Part shown: in pieces, positions 52,525 to 64,000 of the stretch
How positions within the stretch are numbered: the first letter of the stretch is position 1
How the letters are laid out: each line of letters begins with the position of its first letter
NCBI GenBank assembly: GCA_951406725.2
Contig: OX597830.1
Location: forward strand, 62,001-126,000
Source: Octopus vulgaris
Lineage: Eukaryota
Reading direction: 5' to 3'
DNA length: 64,000 nt
Notes under the pieces: generated by a model
Told to the model about the DNA's origin: nothing
Database searches by the model: none
What the model saw: only the letters and a program-made list of their open reading frames with translations
Made by a program: the position numbers and the translations under genes

Positions 52525-53000
52525 GGAGTAAGTGCTTGGTTCATCCAGATTCTTTGTGCTATATTTGTGGAAAGTGCACATCTAAAGAATATTTATAACT
52601 GTTTTGATAAATGCATCATTAAGCTATTTCAAATTCAAATTGTATTTTGAAATTGTAAAACTTGAGTTGAGCATCTGCGGTAGTGAATTAAAGGCCAGTA
52701 GAAATGTCTGAGGTTTGGTTTAGCATGGACCAGATAGAAAAGCGAACTGCAATGACGACTGTTATTTCTGCCTGATTAACAGCTATTAGCAGGGAATTAA
52801 TGAATGTACCCTGATCTCGACTCGGTAGAACAACCTGTTCCACATTCACTTAAAATATCTATCCAATCATTCATACATTTGGAAGAGCTCCCTGAAGATA
52901 AATCTTCAACTCCTGCTGTACACAGTACTCGGGAGCAAAGTAATAGTGAGTTTGAAGTAAGTTCATCAGTAGCAGAAGTTTTTGCTCAGCCAGAGTTTTT
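52525..53000 (+). mobile_element. Degenerate DNA-transposon-associated ORF (CYICG...DCYFC family)
   Basis: HPDSLCYICG, CKT*VEHLR, DDCYFCL, YPDLDSVEQPVPHS match a repeat-derived invertebrate protein family I recognise by motif; superfamily name uncertain. Confidence 0.6.
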
Positions 53001-54675
53001 AAAAATATTTTTGTTCTTTCGTAGAATTTGTTATTTTTGTTTTTATGTGTTTTAAAACATGTTTCGTTGTTTGTTTTGTGAAGCTTTAGAATCTAGAATT
53101 TTCTGAATGAAGAGGAGAAATGTCTTTAACAAGCATAACACGAATGTTTATAATTGGATAAGTTCTGTTGAAATTGTTAATTGTAGAAAGAAAAGGAGAA
53201 GCAGCGGCATTGCAGGCAATGGTATTGCTGTATGTGTCCCATAATATTGCTTCTGAATAAATGTGCGTAGATTTACGCGTGTAGACACATACAAACAAAT
53301 AAATATGCATGTGTGTGTGTGTGAGATAGATAGAGAGATAGATAGAGAGATAGAGAGAGAGATAGAGAGAGTGAGTGTGTACTTGCGTTTGCAAATGTAT
53401 ATGTGCACTTCATAAGCTATTACAGGGAGAGAGTATTTGAGTGATTGTTCCAAGCATTATGCATTTAGATTGAAATAAGTGACACACGTTGAATACATTT
53501 TTCCTTTGTCGGGTGGGACGAAAGAATCATTAATATTGCCATTAATACTGACGGAATCTAATGTGTCATCGGTAACACGATATTTTTAATATGCACAATC
53601 TTACATTTAATATTATCGTAAGAAATTAAGTTTAGTTCATTTTACATTTTGATCTTGTTTGTTTTTCGTTTCTTTCCTAACTTTTACTAACATTCTTTTG
53701 CAATCCCTAGATTTTTAAAATCAGTTATATTTCGCAGTAAATAATTTGCAGTATTTAGTTACATCGCTATAAGTTTTCAGTTTTTTTTTTCTCGTTGAGA
53801 CCGGCTTTGACTTAACTCTCATACATCGCGTATCGATAAATTAATACTGGTCAACTATGATAGCTGATATGATCGATTCTACCCATCTTCAGAATTTGTG
53901 GCTTTGTACCAAAGTTATAAATCAATATTTATATTCTATGTTATGCAGAGTAGCACAAGACTGACGTTACAGTTTAAAACTTAAGTATTTTTCTTTTCTC
54001 CTTTAAATTTTGAGTGTTTGTGTGATATTGCATTCCACAATTAGTTTAAAATAAATTTCTAAATATAACTAAAACGTTTAACATTTTATTTAAAAAGTGA
54101 TTGAAGTTTAAAAACGAAATGCAAGTTTTGTAATACTCAGACGTAAGCTAAAATATGTATTCTTTTTATGTCTATTAATCTTAGATGAATGGATAAATTG
54201 ACTTCTGTAATGATTTAGTCACAGGTAAGAAAAATATATTCTTTCACAGGCTTTCCGCAATTAGTGCGATTGGTTGGCTTAATCTGAAGGTAAAATAATA
54301 ACATTACCTCCAAGAAACCTTCTGAGTGAGTGAATGGTTTCATCAGAATTTCTGAGGCTAGTGAATGGATAATGACAAAAATACTTGCGCTTGAAACTTA
54401 GCAGTATATTTGATTAGCAGTATATTAGCAGTATATGAAGCATTTCTTTCTCCCATGTGCGCTTGGTTTAAATTTGCTTGATGCAAAATTTCGACTTGAT
54501 ACATTTGGCTCCGCTTTTAATATTAATCGTTCAGCCATTTTCGATGTCAAATCTATTTACACCAGATTAAATATGTTTATACGTAATAATCCCTCCTAAT
54601 TGTCCACGTAGTAGCAGTATACTATGTTAGTGTTATTAGTTTAAATGTTCAGTCCAGGGACATAGGACAACTCAC

Positions 54676-55379
54676 CTTGCTCTTTCTTTTTCAGTCCGTC
54701 AGAGTCAGTGTTACTGCTGTTGTTGGTAATGGCTATTATAGGGTTTCTTTGTTACGTTGGTAGCAATAGGATTAGGGGATGTTGCTGCAGTTGTGTTCAA
54801 ACTTGCAATGTGTTTCTAAAGTCCTGAAGTATCTTGGATTTGTTTCAGTCTTGAAGGGCACTTTCTAGACTATACTGGAACAATTTATGAGGCATCAGTT
54901 GCCCATATTATATATACACTGACCAATGAAGGCACAAACAGAACTTTTTAACCTTGAAATATTTCACAGGTGGCAGTAGTGAAGCTGTTGCTGCTTGTGT
55001 TTCTGCTGCGAGTCTCACTGGCGTTTGGCGAAGTGAGAATGGTGGAGAAGGAGCTGTGGTTGGTGGTGTTGGTGTTTGTGCCGAAATAGCAGATTAACCA
55101 TTTTTTTGGTGTCGGTAGTGGTAGATCCGATCAGCTGCTGCTTCCACTTGGTGTGTTGTTGGTGGATGAATTGTTCTTGTTGTTGCACTTACTGCTGCCT
55201 ATTCTCTTTTCAACTTACTTCGTTAAAGGCGTGGCGATTGCCTTTAGTAAAAAGGAGGCTTCTGATGGCAACATCTTATTCTCTTGCCAATTTATTGTTA
55301 AAACTGCAGGCATGTTTTTGGATTTGGAGTTTTTTATGAATGAAAATTTTCGAAAATACTTTAGCCGCGGTAAGCGTGA
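54676..55379 (-). pseudogene. Possible decayed S/T/N/P-rich exon
   Basis: Bounded on - by TTTTTTCTTAG (acceptor) and CAAG|GTGAGT (donor); protein-like translation interrupted by several stops. Confidence 0.3.
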
Positions 55380-55499
55380 CTAAGAAAAAAAATACCAGTT
55401 CTCACATCTGATTGTTGGGTAGTTACACAACAAAGGGGACAATGAAAATAGGAAATCCACAACAATTTGCTCAAAACTTACATCAAACCTATCGATCTC

Positions 55500-55760
55500 A
55501 GCGGCGGCATTTCTTCGCAGCCTAAAAAGCTTGAAGATATGCCGTTAAGTATTTTGTCCAGCGTGGTAAAGATTCTGTCCGCTTATCGCCTTATGATAAT
55601 TCTAATTTTGATAGGAGGTCAACAATTTTAGGTGGGGAAGTTAGTCGATTTAATCAAACCTAGTGTTCAACGGATTTACTTTATCACCCCTGAAATGATG
55701 AAAGGTGAAGTTGAACTTGGTGTGATTTGAACTCGGAACGTAAAGAACCAGAAGAAATGC
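55500..55760 (-). mobile_element. Degenerate SINE family B fragments
   Basis: TATTTTGTCCAGCGTGGTAAAGATTCTGTCCGCTTATCGCC and ATGAAAGGTGAAGTTGAACTTGGTGTGATTTGAACTCGGAACG; homologous to 41465-41800. Confidence 0.65.
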
Positions 55761-56540
55761 GTGGCACACTATGTTATATTAAGTTTCTGATGTGAAAGAG
55801 GTTGTAAAAGAAGAATGTTGTCCAGGCCAATAGAGTAGAAACTTTGTGAATTCTTTCTCCGTTAACGGTACCAGTTTGACTGATTCACGTCCGGCGTCCG
55901 GATGGAAGCTATGACCTATAAACTTAGCTCTCTGACAACAACATTTTGTAAGACGCTAACGTGGGATCTCCATTTCAATCTACAAAATATTTTGAGTTTC
56001 CAAACAACATTTCTAGTCACCAAGAACTGAAGACAAGCACAATGTGATTGAACAATGATAATAAAATAATGAAATATAAAAATAACAGCATCAGTCATGT
56101 TATTCAGCAACCACCTAAGCAAATATATTTCAAGGGAAGCAAACAAATGGCTAAAGTATTTCCAGTGAAGTTATTGAAAAAAGGTATTTGATATTAAGAG
56201 CACTTAATATCTTAGTATTTGATATTAAGAGCACTTAATAAAAGGTATTTGATATTAAGAGCACTTTCTTACGTTATGGCCCATTGTGCGTACAGTAGTT
56301 AACGCAGATACAAGGAATAACAATTGGTGCACCCTTGAGACCAAACAATTCTGTTTTATACTGTGGCATTGAAATCATATATTGAAAAATGAACTAAAGC
56401 TAAACATGTGCTGTGTTCTCTTCGATGTATTTGCTAGCAATAGTGGCTTTTATTTTCGTTAATACACACAAATACTTATACATACTTACATACATACAAG
56501 ATTTGTCTCTATCGCTTTGTTTTAAAATTCTAAACGTTTC

Positions 56541-56541
56541 G

Positions 56542-56619
<78 letters not shown>
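56541..56619. repeat. (ATT)n microsatellite
   Basis: Direct reading. Confidence 0.97.
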
Positions 56620-56620
<1 letters not shown>

Positions 56621-57112
56621 GAACAAAAACAACGGCCATAACAACAACAATATCTGGTCTATGTTTGATAATACTCAGGACTGTAAGCGGAGTGAAGCGT
56701 AAAGTATCTCATAACAAAAGAGCAACAACATCTGAAGTAGCGACAGAGGAAGCATGGCGAAATTTACATGAATATGTGAGAAGCGCAAAAGAATTCGACA
56801 CAAAAGAGCTTTGCCTCCGTAGCTCTGAATTAATATTTCACTGACAAAGGTCAGTGGAAATATTTAGCAATCACAGAAGATTTATCTAAATCAAAAGGCA
56901 GTTTCCTTTTAAAATGTATATCATGTCCATAAACAATAGCTTATACTTTACAAATGTTAAGAGCCCTGGCCTTTATTTGTTTCCTGTTGCAACCTTTTTA
57001 TGACTCTTTATCCACCGTGCGTATCTGTCATGACTAGAGTTGCATGTCTGGTGAGTGTGTGTTAAATTACAGACCAAACGGTAAAGAGTCCGTATCCTGC
57101 TGCTGGAATATA

Positions 57113-57490
57113 TCTTTTACTTGTTCCAGTTATTTGACTGCGGCCATGCTGGAGCATCACCTTGAGGGTTTTCTTTCTTTAGTTTAATAAATCGATCCCA
57201 GTACTTATATTTTTAAGCATAGTACTTATTCTGTCAGTCTCTTATGTCGAACTGCTAATTTACGGGAACGTAAACACACCAACTCCGGTCTCAAGCGACG
57301 GTGGGGAGACAAACACTCTTTCTCTCTCTCTCTCTTCCTCTCTCTCACACACACAACACCAAATCCTCTTACAAGGCTTTTGTCGGCCCGAGGCTATAGT
57401 AGAAGACATTTGTCCAATCTGCCACACAGACGGACTGAACCCAGAACCATGCAGTTTGGAAGCAAGCTTCTCACCACGCCGCCGCGTCTC
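57113..57490 (-). mobile_element. SINE family A, diverged
   Basis: TTTGACTGCGGCCATGCTGGAGCA...GGACTGAACCCAGAACCATG; homologous to 35001-35408. Confidence 0.8.
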
Positions 57491-59276
57491 CGCTTCTATG
57501 TGCATAGTTTTAAATTAAATTCTTGTATTATTTTCTTTCGTTAAATTTTATAAAAGTGTTCCATTGAATTCGTTGATGCAGTTGGCCAGAGGCTGGTCCT
57601 GGCTCAACTGATTGCTCATCAAAGGCTTCCCAGTCATCACTGTACTGTCCTCTTTTGTGTAACTCGGACAACCATGAGTGTTCAGCATCAACCTTTCTTT
57701 AAAATTACATTTTAGCTCTTCGTTACCCAATATCTTGTATCTATTTTAAGAGAATGTGGGTACGATTTTGATATTCCAATGCTTTTATTTCTAGTTCAAA
57801 CGACAACGTTGAAGCTACCAAGGAGTTACAGTTGTAACTCCTTGAACTACAAAAATAGCAGCTAAATGTCTTACTATGATGTATCTGCGTGTACATTTAT
57901 CCAGTAAGTTAGTCTATTTTTCATTAGGATTGTGTTGTGTATGAGGATGATTTTGCTGCTATTTCTAGTAGAATGACAGTCCATACGTGAGTTTCCTCAA
58001 GAGTCTATAGTCATCATTGTATACTCTGAACATTGAAGCTGCTATAGGGTCGACTGAACACCTAGAAAGAGCAGGCACATGTCTCATATCAAATGCCAAG
58101 CTATGTAAATACATTTTGACTGAATGATATTATAACTGATGGGATATGCCACAGGTACTGATCACCTCCAGGTGAACTTTAGGCACATTCGTTGTGATGC
58201 TGACAAAACTGAGCTCTTCCTATTACGTTTTCGGTTTCGTTGGTAGCGAATAGTAAAACTGTTTCAGCGTTGAGTGATTGTTTCACTGGTGCTACGCTTC
58301 TCTGCATTCCTCTGATTTCAAATCTTACCGTGATCACTCTTACATTTGACCTGTACAGTTGCCGAATTATATTCAGGAAATCGGAAAAGGCTACTCAGAA
58401 GGCGTTTATGACAATGATTTAGTTTGAACCTAGACGGAAAAGAAGGTTGCAATCAAGAAATATTTGGAAGCGCATCGTGGCCAGAAATGTATAGCAACAA
58501 CTGCAAGTCTGGTCGATTCAGGTGATGTAGGTAACGTATATGCATATGTATCTATGTGTGTGTATGTGTGTGTGTGCGCGCGATTGTGAGAATGCGTATG
58601 TGTGTCTGTGAGTGAGTGGTGTGGAGAGAGAGACACGCACAGAGAAAGATTAAAGAATTGGGAGAATCAATCGGAATTCACGTCTAGCAGTCCACCTAAC
58701 GTATATACGAGATGATTTCTCAATACAATAACTGCAGTCTGTGGCGTTCTTAGCAACATACCCCAGTTAAACTAGATGTGCAAATTAATATTCTTCATGA
58801 GGGCTGCTTCTGTTGCTAATCGCTAATTTATACACAGTCCCCCAGCTAACTATTTAGTCAGTGTTAAAATATATGAGTTTGACGGATTTTCGATTTGGCA
58901 TTCGGTGCTTGGGTGCCTGTTGCTGATGAATCACATTTTATGCTGAAATTATGTGATGCAACGAAACCATCCGCCGGTGCTGACAAAATTTCATCAACCA
59001 ATATAGTGTGCCTATTTTAGAATCTAACATACACGATTAGTTCTCAGGACGATTATCGCAGTCCACAGCGGTCTTAACGACAGACACACACACACGCGCA
59101 TACACAAACACACACAAACGCATACACTGGGTGGTTAGCTAGAACACGTGCTCTTCGAAGAGCGCAAGGTGTTAATTAACTGCCCTGTTATCTATTACCA
59201 GTTATCTTAATATCCAGTGAAAAAGATTGGTAAGATTGGGTAAAATGAACCTATAATACTGTAGACTTGGACTAAT

Positions 59277-59528
59277 ATGTATGTATGTCTTCTATTTGCT
59301 AATTATTATAAATCTTCCACAGAGGAAGGAGCCGGTTTCCAACAAAGATACAAGGCTGTTTTGGAGCTGTATAGGAGATCATCAGGAAAAGAGTGTTTCT
59401 TGAGAAAACACTATGTATGTACGTATGTATGTATGTATGTATGTATGTATGTATGTATGTATGTATGTATGTATGTATGTATGTATGTATGTATGTATGT
59501 ATGTATGTATGTATGTATGTATGTATGT
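59277..59528 (-). repeat. Short unit (~59290-59412) embedded in (TATG)n, resembling the LINE 3' UTR at ~62715-62830
   Basis: Shares GAAACCGG(C/T)TC(C/T)TTC with 62775-62790 and has the same CATA-repeat context. Confidence 0.45.
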
Positions 59529-60904
59529 ACTTAGATCCATACACACAGGCTTACAAATACAAAGACACCTATACAGTCGTACATCGATAAACAAATATCT
59601 CCTCTTAACTTATTCTGCTAAAACGATCCAAGTCTTGTTGTATGAGCTTGTCTTGCCTTGTAAGGTGACGTTGTTTTTCGAAATTTCGTCGAAAATCTTC
59701 AGAAAAAGGTTTTGTGTTTCAAGCCAGGTGAATCTTCAAAGTGAGCCCTGACCATTGATAGTTGAAGTTATTGTTGTTGTTTTTGATGATGATGACGACG
59801 ACGACTCAGTAGCCATAATATCACCATGATGTCATAATGGAGTGATATTGCATGGTCCCACTTATTTGAGTAATCATTGTATTACAGGAAGGGCGAGCAG
59901 CCGCTCTGATAGGGTGGTAGTAGTAGTAGTTGTTGCTGTTGTTGTAATAGCATCAGCATCGGTAATAGTAGTAGTTGAGGTAGTAGTAATTGTTGTTGTT
60001 GTTGATGGGGAGGGAGTTTGAGAGGAAGAGTTTTCCATCAAAACTTGAATATCAGTCTCGAATTAAAAATCCTCAGGCACTTCGCATATCTACTCTAATG
60101 ATGTTTAGTAATCATCAAAATTATTGCCACCACCATCATTGTCATCACCCCTACTACCGTCACATTAACACATCCACTATCATCATCATCATCATCATCA
60201 TCATCATTATCATCATCATCATGCAACGACAAGTGCCAAGTCACTAGGGTAAAGTGCTACATAGGAAATCTATACTTAACTCGTGTGACAGAACGCAACA
60301 CTGATTGGTCAGTGAATGACAAAGGAGCACATTGCTTGCCACTTTTTAATTACTCCCATACTGTCTGTAACAAATTGTGTAATTGGTTCATTAAACACCA
60401 GATCTCTCTATGAATCTGAGAGGCAAGAGAAATTTCTTCACGAATTGCAGCACTACCACCACCAGCGCCCGTACCATCACCACCACCACCACCAGTAGCA
60501 GCAGGATCAGAAGCGGCAGCACATCACCACCAACAGCTGCAGTACCACCACCAGCACCACCACCACCACCACCAACCAGTACCATCACCACCAGCAACAC
60601 CAGCAGTACAATTTTTTTTACCTAATCTCATTGTGGCGTAATTTGATTTACACTATTTGCCAACTTATAAAATCCATTACGGTTCTTTAAATTATTATTT
60701 TTCTATGTTGAACCAGTTTCGAATGAAAGTAAAACAACTACTTACAATTTAGATAGATGACCTCACAAAGAAAAATAATGGTTACACCCATACACAGAGG
60801 CATACACACATACATACATACATACATACATACATACATACATACATACATGCATACATACATACATACATACATACATACATACATACATACATAAGTA
60901 CGTA

Positions 60905-62050
60905 TGTACATTGGATGCTTGATGAAATCCGAACCATTGTTGTGAAAACCCGAAAAATGCTAACAAGCACACATCATTTCCACATAAACAGTAACGTAGA
61001 CCGCCTCTACCTAAAACGAAAACAAGGTGGCAGAGGTTTAACCCTTAAATATCGCATCATATCCCTTCGGCAACATCTTCAAACCACGAAGTATCGAAGT
61101 GCATCCCTTGACCAAATTTGCGTACATGAGGCTGATAACATCATAAGACTTGGAAGGCAGATCCTTGAGCAAAGCTCTTTGTCTGATAACCTAGAATACC
61201 TGCCCAAAGAAGTCGCACGACTCTACTGCAACGTATCATTAGATGAAAGGATGAGCATATATGAGCAGAAGACTATGCATGGATGTCAGTAGACAGCTCC
61301 GTGATGATAGTAAAGATATCCAGGAACAGGAAATATCAACCAAATACCTGATGCACAAAAGGGATAGAGAAGCAGGAAAAGCCGTAAAATGTGACAAGCA
61401 ACAGAGACTTTGTGGAGTTCATTCTGAAGATATCACCCACATCATAAGTAGGTGTCCGAAAATGTCGTCACGGTATTATCTACCGATGCGACATAATGTT
61501 GTAGCTAGGACATTCTATAATAAATCCGTCGGAAGGATAATCCCGAGGACAAAGAAATAAGAACCCACAATATTGAAGAAGCCATAGCCACTCATGATAA
61601 AATGTAATACTGGTGGAATGTCCCAGTGTAGATCTCAATAATATGTAAGCACAACAGACCTGATATGATGTTTTGGGATAGAGAAGAGAAACTGTGCACA
61701 GTTGTGGAAATTAGCTGCTCAGCGAAAGTTGACATAAAACTAAAGATCAGTTAAAAAGAGAATACATACTATTGAGAAGTCTGCAGTTACTCTATTCAGA
61801 TTACAAGTTCAGGTTTATACCTGTAAATATCGAGTCCCTGGTATGTGTAACAGACCAATCTTGAGAAGTTAGGCTTTTCAAAATCAGAAAGGAGAAAACT
61901 AATTCGAAGTCTACAGATCTAATCCATCTCTGGAACTGTAAAAAACTGTAAAAATCTCCAGTAGTTTATCATTTAAATATACATGAGCATGCCTAGATAT
62001 GTAACTATATGCATGAGAATACATACATAAAACAATACAAATCTGCACAT
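60905..62050 (+). mobile_element. 5'-truncated R4/Dong-clade LINE (thumb, CCHC, REL endonuclease) in (CATA)n
   Basis: VDRLYLKRKQGGRGL; RLCGVHSEDITHIISRCPKMSSRYYLPMRHNVVA; HNRPDMMFWD...VEISC. (CATA)n on both sides; 3' UTR probably resumes at ~62690-62830. Confidence 0.88.
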
Positions 62051-62119
62051 ACATGCAAACATACATACATACATACATACATACATACATACATACATAC
62101 ATACATACATACATACATA

Positions 62120-62686
62120 CACTTGCGTCGGAAATTAATTAGCACTTCTCAAATTTCTACATTTTCTTACATTTTCTTAATTTAATTAACTTATTATCAG
62201 AAACGAACTCGTTTTTAATCAAAAATTTATTAAAACATATCCCAGCACACCACATAATTGTTATTAATCGTGAAATTTAGTCAATATCTTGTTGCTCCTT
62301 CTTTGGCAGCAATGACAGCTGCTACGCGGGTCGGCATGCTGTCTATGAGTGCCTGCAGGTACTGTGCAGGGATGGCCCCTCATGCAGCAAGAAGTGCCCC
62401 AAACAGCTCGTGTCGGTTCCTGTATTGCTGCACATTTAAATCCCTACCCAATCGACTCCAGAGGTTCTCAATAGGGTTCAGGTCAGGTGACTGGCCAGCA
62501 CGTACTCCTCGCCACCAAAGAGGTATCCCGTACTATCTCAACGTACTTTGCTGCGTTGATGTTGCCTTCGACGGCATAGAGCCGCCCAACACCACTGTAG
62601 CTGAACGCCCCTCACACCATCAGACCACCCCCACCATGCTTCATGGTGAGCAAATCAAGGGTGCTAATTAATTTCTGACGGTAGTG
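62120..62686 (-). mobile_element. Internally deleted Tc1-like transposon with TIRs and TA target duplication
   Basis: TA|CACTTGCGTCGGAAATTAATTAGCAC ... GTGCTAATTAATTTCTGACGGTAGTG|TA. Minus strand reads HGGGGLMV, QSPDLNPIENLW, LIDSMPTRVAAVIAAKEGATRY. Confidence 0.92.
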
Positions 62687-62886
62687 TACATACATACATT
62701 ACATGCATACATACAAAAACACCCTGTTGTTGTTGTTGTTGAAATTCCAATGAAAGAGCCTTGGATGTAGGTTAGAAACCGGTTCTTTCTCTATTGGCAA
62801 GAAATCTTGAAAGAAACTGAATAATGACATACATACACATAGATATATGAAAAATACATGCATAGTTACATTGCATATTTTAGAAC

Positions 62887-62957
<71 letters not shown>

Positions 62958-63009
62958 GAAAAAACAAGTCAAAATAGAAAATGCTAAAATAATTTTATAA
63001 AGAACATTT

Positions 63010-63047
63010 CAGTACCGGTTTCGGTCATTTTGAGACCATTTCAACTG
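63010..63047 (-). ncRNA. Variant minimal hammerhead motif within a (TA)n-flanked unit (62957-63200)
   Basis: CAG-TTGAAAT-GGTC TCAAAAT GACC-GAAA-CCGG-TA-CTG. Stems I and II pair, stem III is palindromic, GUA site; core has U3-A8 covariation and an A9U change. Confidence 0.6.
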
Positions 63048-63197
63048 TAACGATTAAATAATTAAATTTAGAAAAATTAAAAGAAAAGTTTTTTTAAAGG
63101 AATATTTGTATAGTGTTCAAATATAAGTGGCATTCTGCCTTTCTCTGTTTCCCTTGTTTGCACTTGTGTGTTCGAGGCCGTTGTGAATTCTTGGTAG

Positions 63198-63272
<75 letters not shown>

Positions 63273-64000
63273 CATTATAGGTATGTCGTATAGTATATAA
63301 ATTTTTTTACCTTTTCTATCGCCACAAAGTAGCAGCAAAAAAGAGAGAAGGGGAGAGATTAAAAACTATCAAGTCACTGTTTCTAAGTTTGAACCTAGGA
63401 GTAACTTCTTTGTTATTGTTTTACTCCAGGTCAGATGTGATCAATTGACCTGCGATGAAAGGTGGCCAGTATTTTGTCCACTAAGTTCCCAGTGGTCAAC
63501 AGTCCGTCATTTTATATATCGGAAACTACATTATTCAATATATCATTTAAGACAACAGAATGTGATATGAGAGGGATTTAGCTGCTATTTCCAATAGGTG
63601 GATCAATTAACTCAAACACCGAGCAGCTCAGCCGATGTACCGTTGTGATAACTTATACTGGAGAACGTATTGTTAGACAGAAATACAGGGAACAGACCAA
63701 ACATCATAACTCTCCTCCTCCAGAAAACCTCTCTCTCTCTCGTGTCATTTAATTTTGTTAGATGAAAGGAAATATTGTTTTACCCTAATAAAATACGTGT
63801 TGCACAACCAGATTTCTATGATTAAAATATTGAAGCCATCATAGATGACTAAATCTCTAAACTAAGTCTCATGACTGAATCTGACAAAATATTACAAACA
63901 AATTTATAAAGTTCAGTTTGGAATGCAAGAGTTTGTTATAAGCCTTAATTCTTTGAGAAAAATATTAATGATATATATTACATGATGCACACACAAAGAA

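Noticed and set aside
58918-58985. CTGATGA...GAAAC hairpin as a hammerhead or SECIS element
   Set aside because: Extra bases before GAAA, a GUG triplet and no stem I. The SECIS helix does not pair in the required register.
59325-59392. CTGATGA...GAAACCGG on the minus strand as a hammerhead
   Set aside because: Stem II does not close and there is no NUH triplet after stem III.

Overview
Left end of a eukaryotic chromosome, most likely an octopus or related coleoid. This is inferred from recognisable octopus-type tRNA-derived SINEs, very dense TA/CA/CATA/AAT microsatellites and a TTAGGG telomere; it is not confirmed by a search. 1-12166 is a (CCCTAA)n telomeric tract in which identical strings of variant repeats recur in the same order, suggesting copying by recombination on top of telomerase synthesis (or an assembly artefact). 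It joins directly to a composite 15-bp/130-bp subtelomeric satellite with internal inversions. Next come a GT-rich tract, inverted TTAGGG relics and about five variably deleted copies of a Gypsy LTR-gag-protease module bounded by degenerate telomeric repeats (15.1-23.9 kb). The rest is a transposon graveyard: a Penelope-like element with a poly-Asn expansion, minimal hammerhead ribozyme motifs at three loci (one locus duplicated as a perfect 158-bp palindrome), R4/Dong, RTE and CR1-group LINE fragments, Tc1, mariner, piggyBac-like and foldback elements, SINEs, and several local templated duplications including one circularly permuted copy. I found no intact host protein-coding gene; almost all ORFs in the supplied track are translations of simple repeats or transposon debris. 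Family assignments rest on recalled protein motifs, not database hits.
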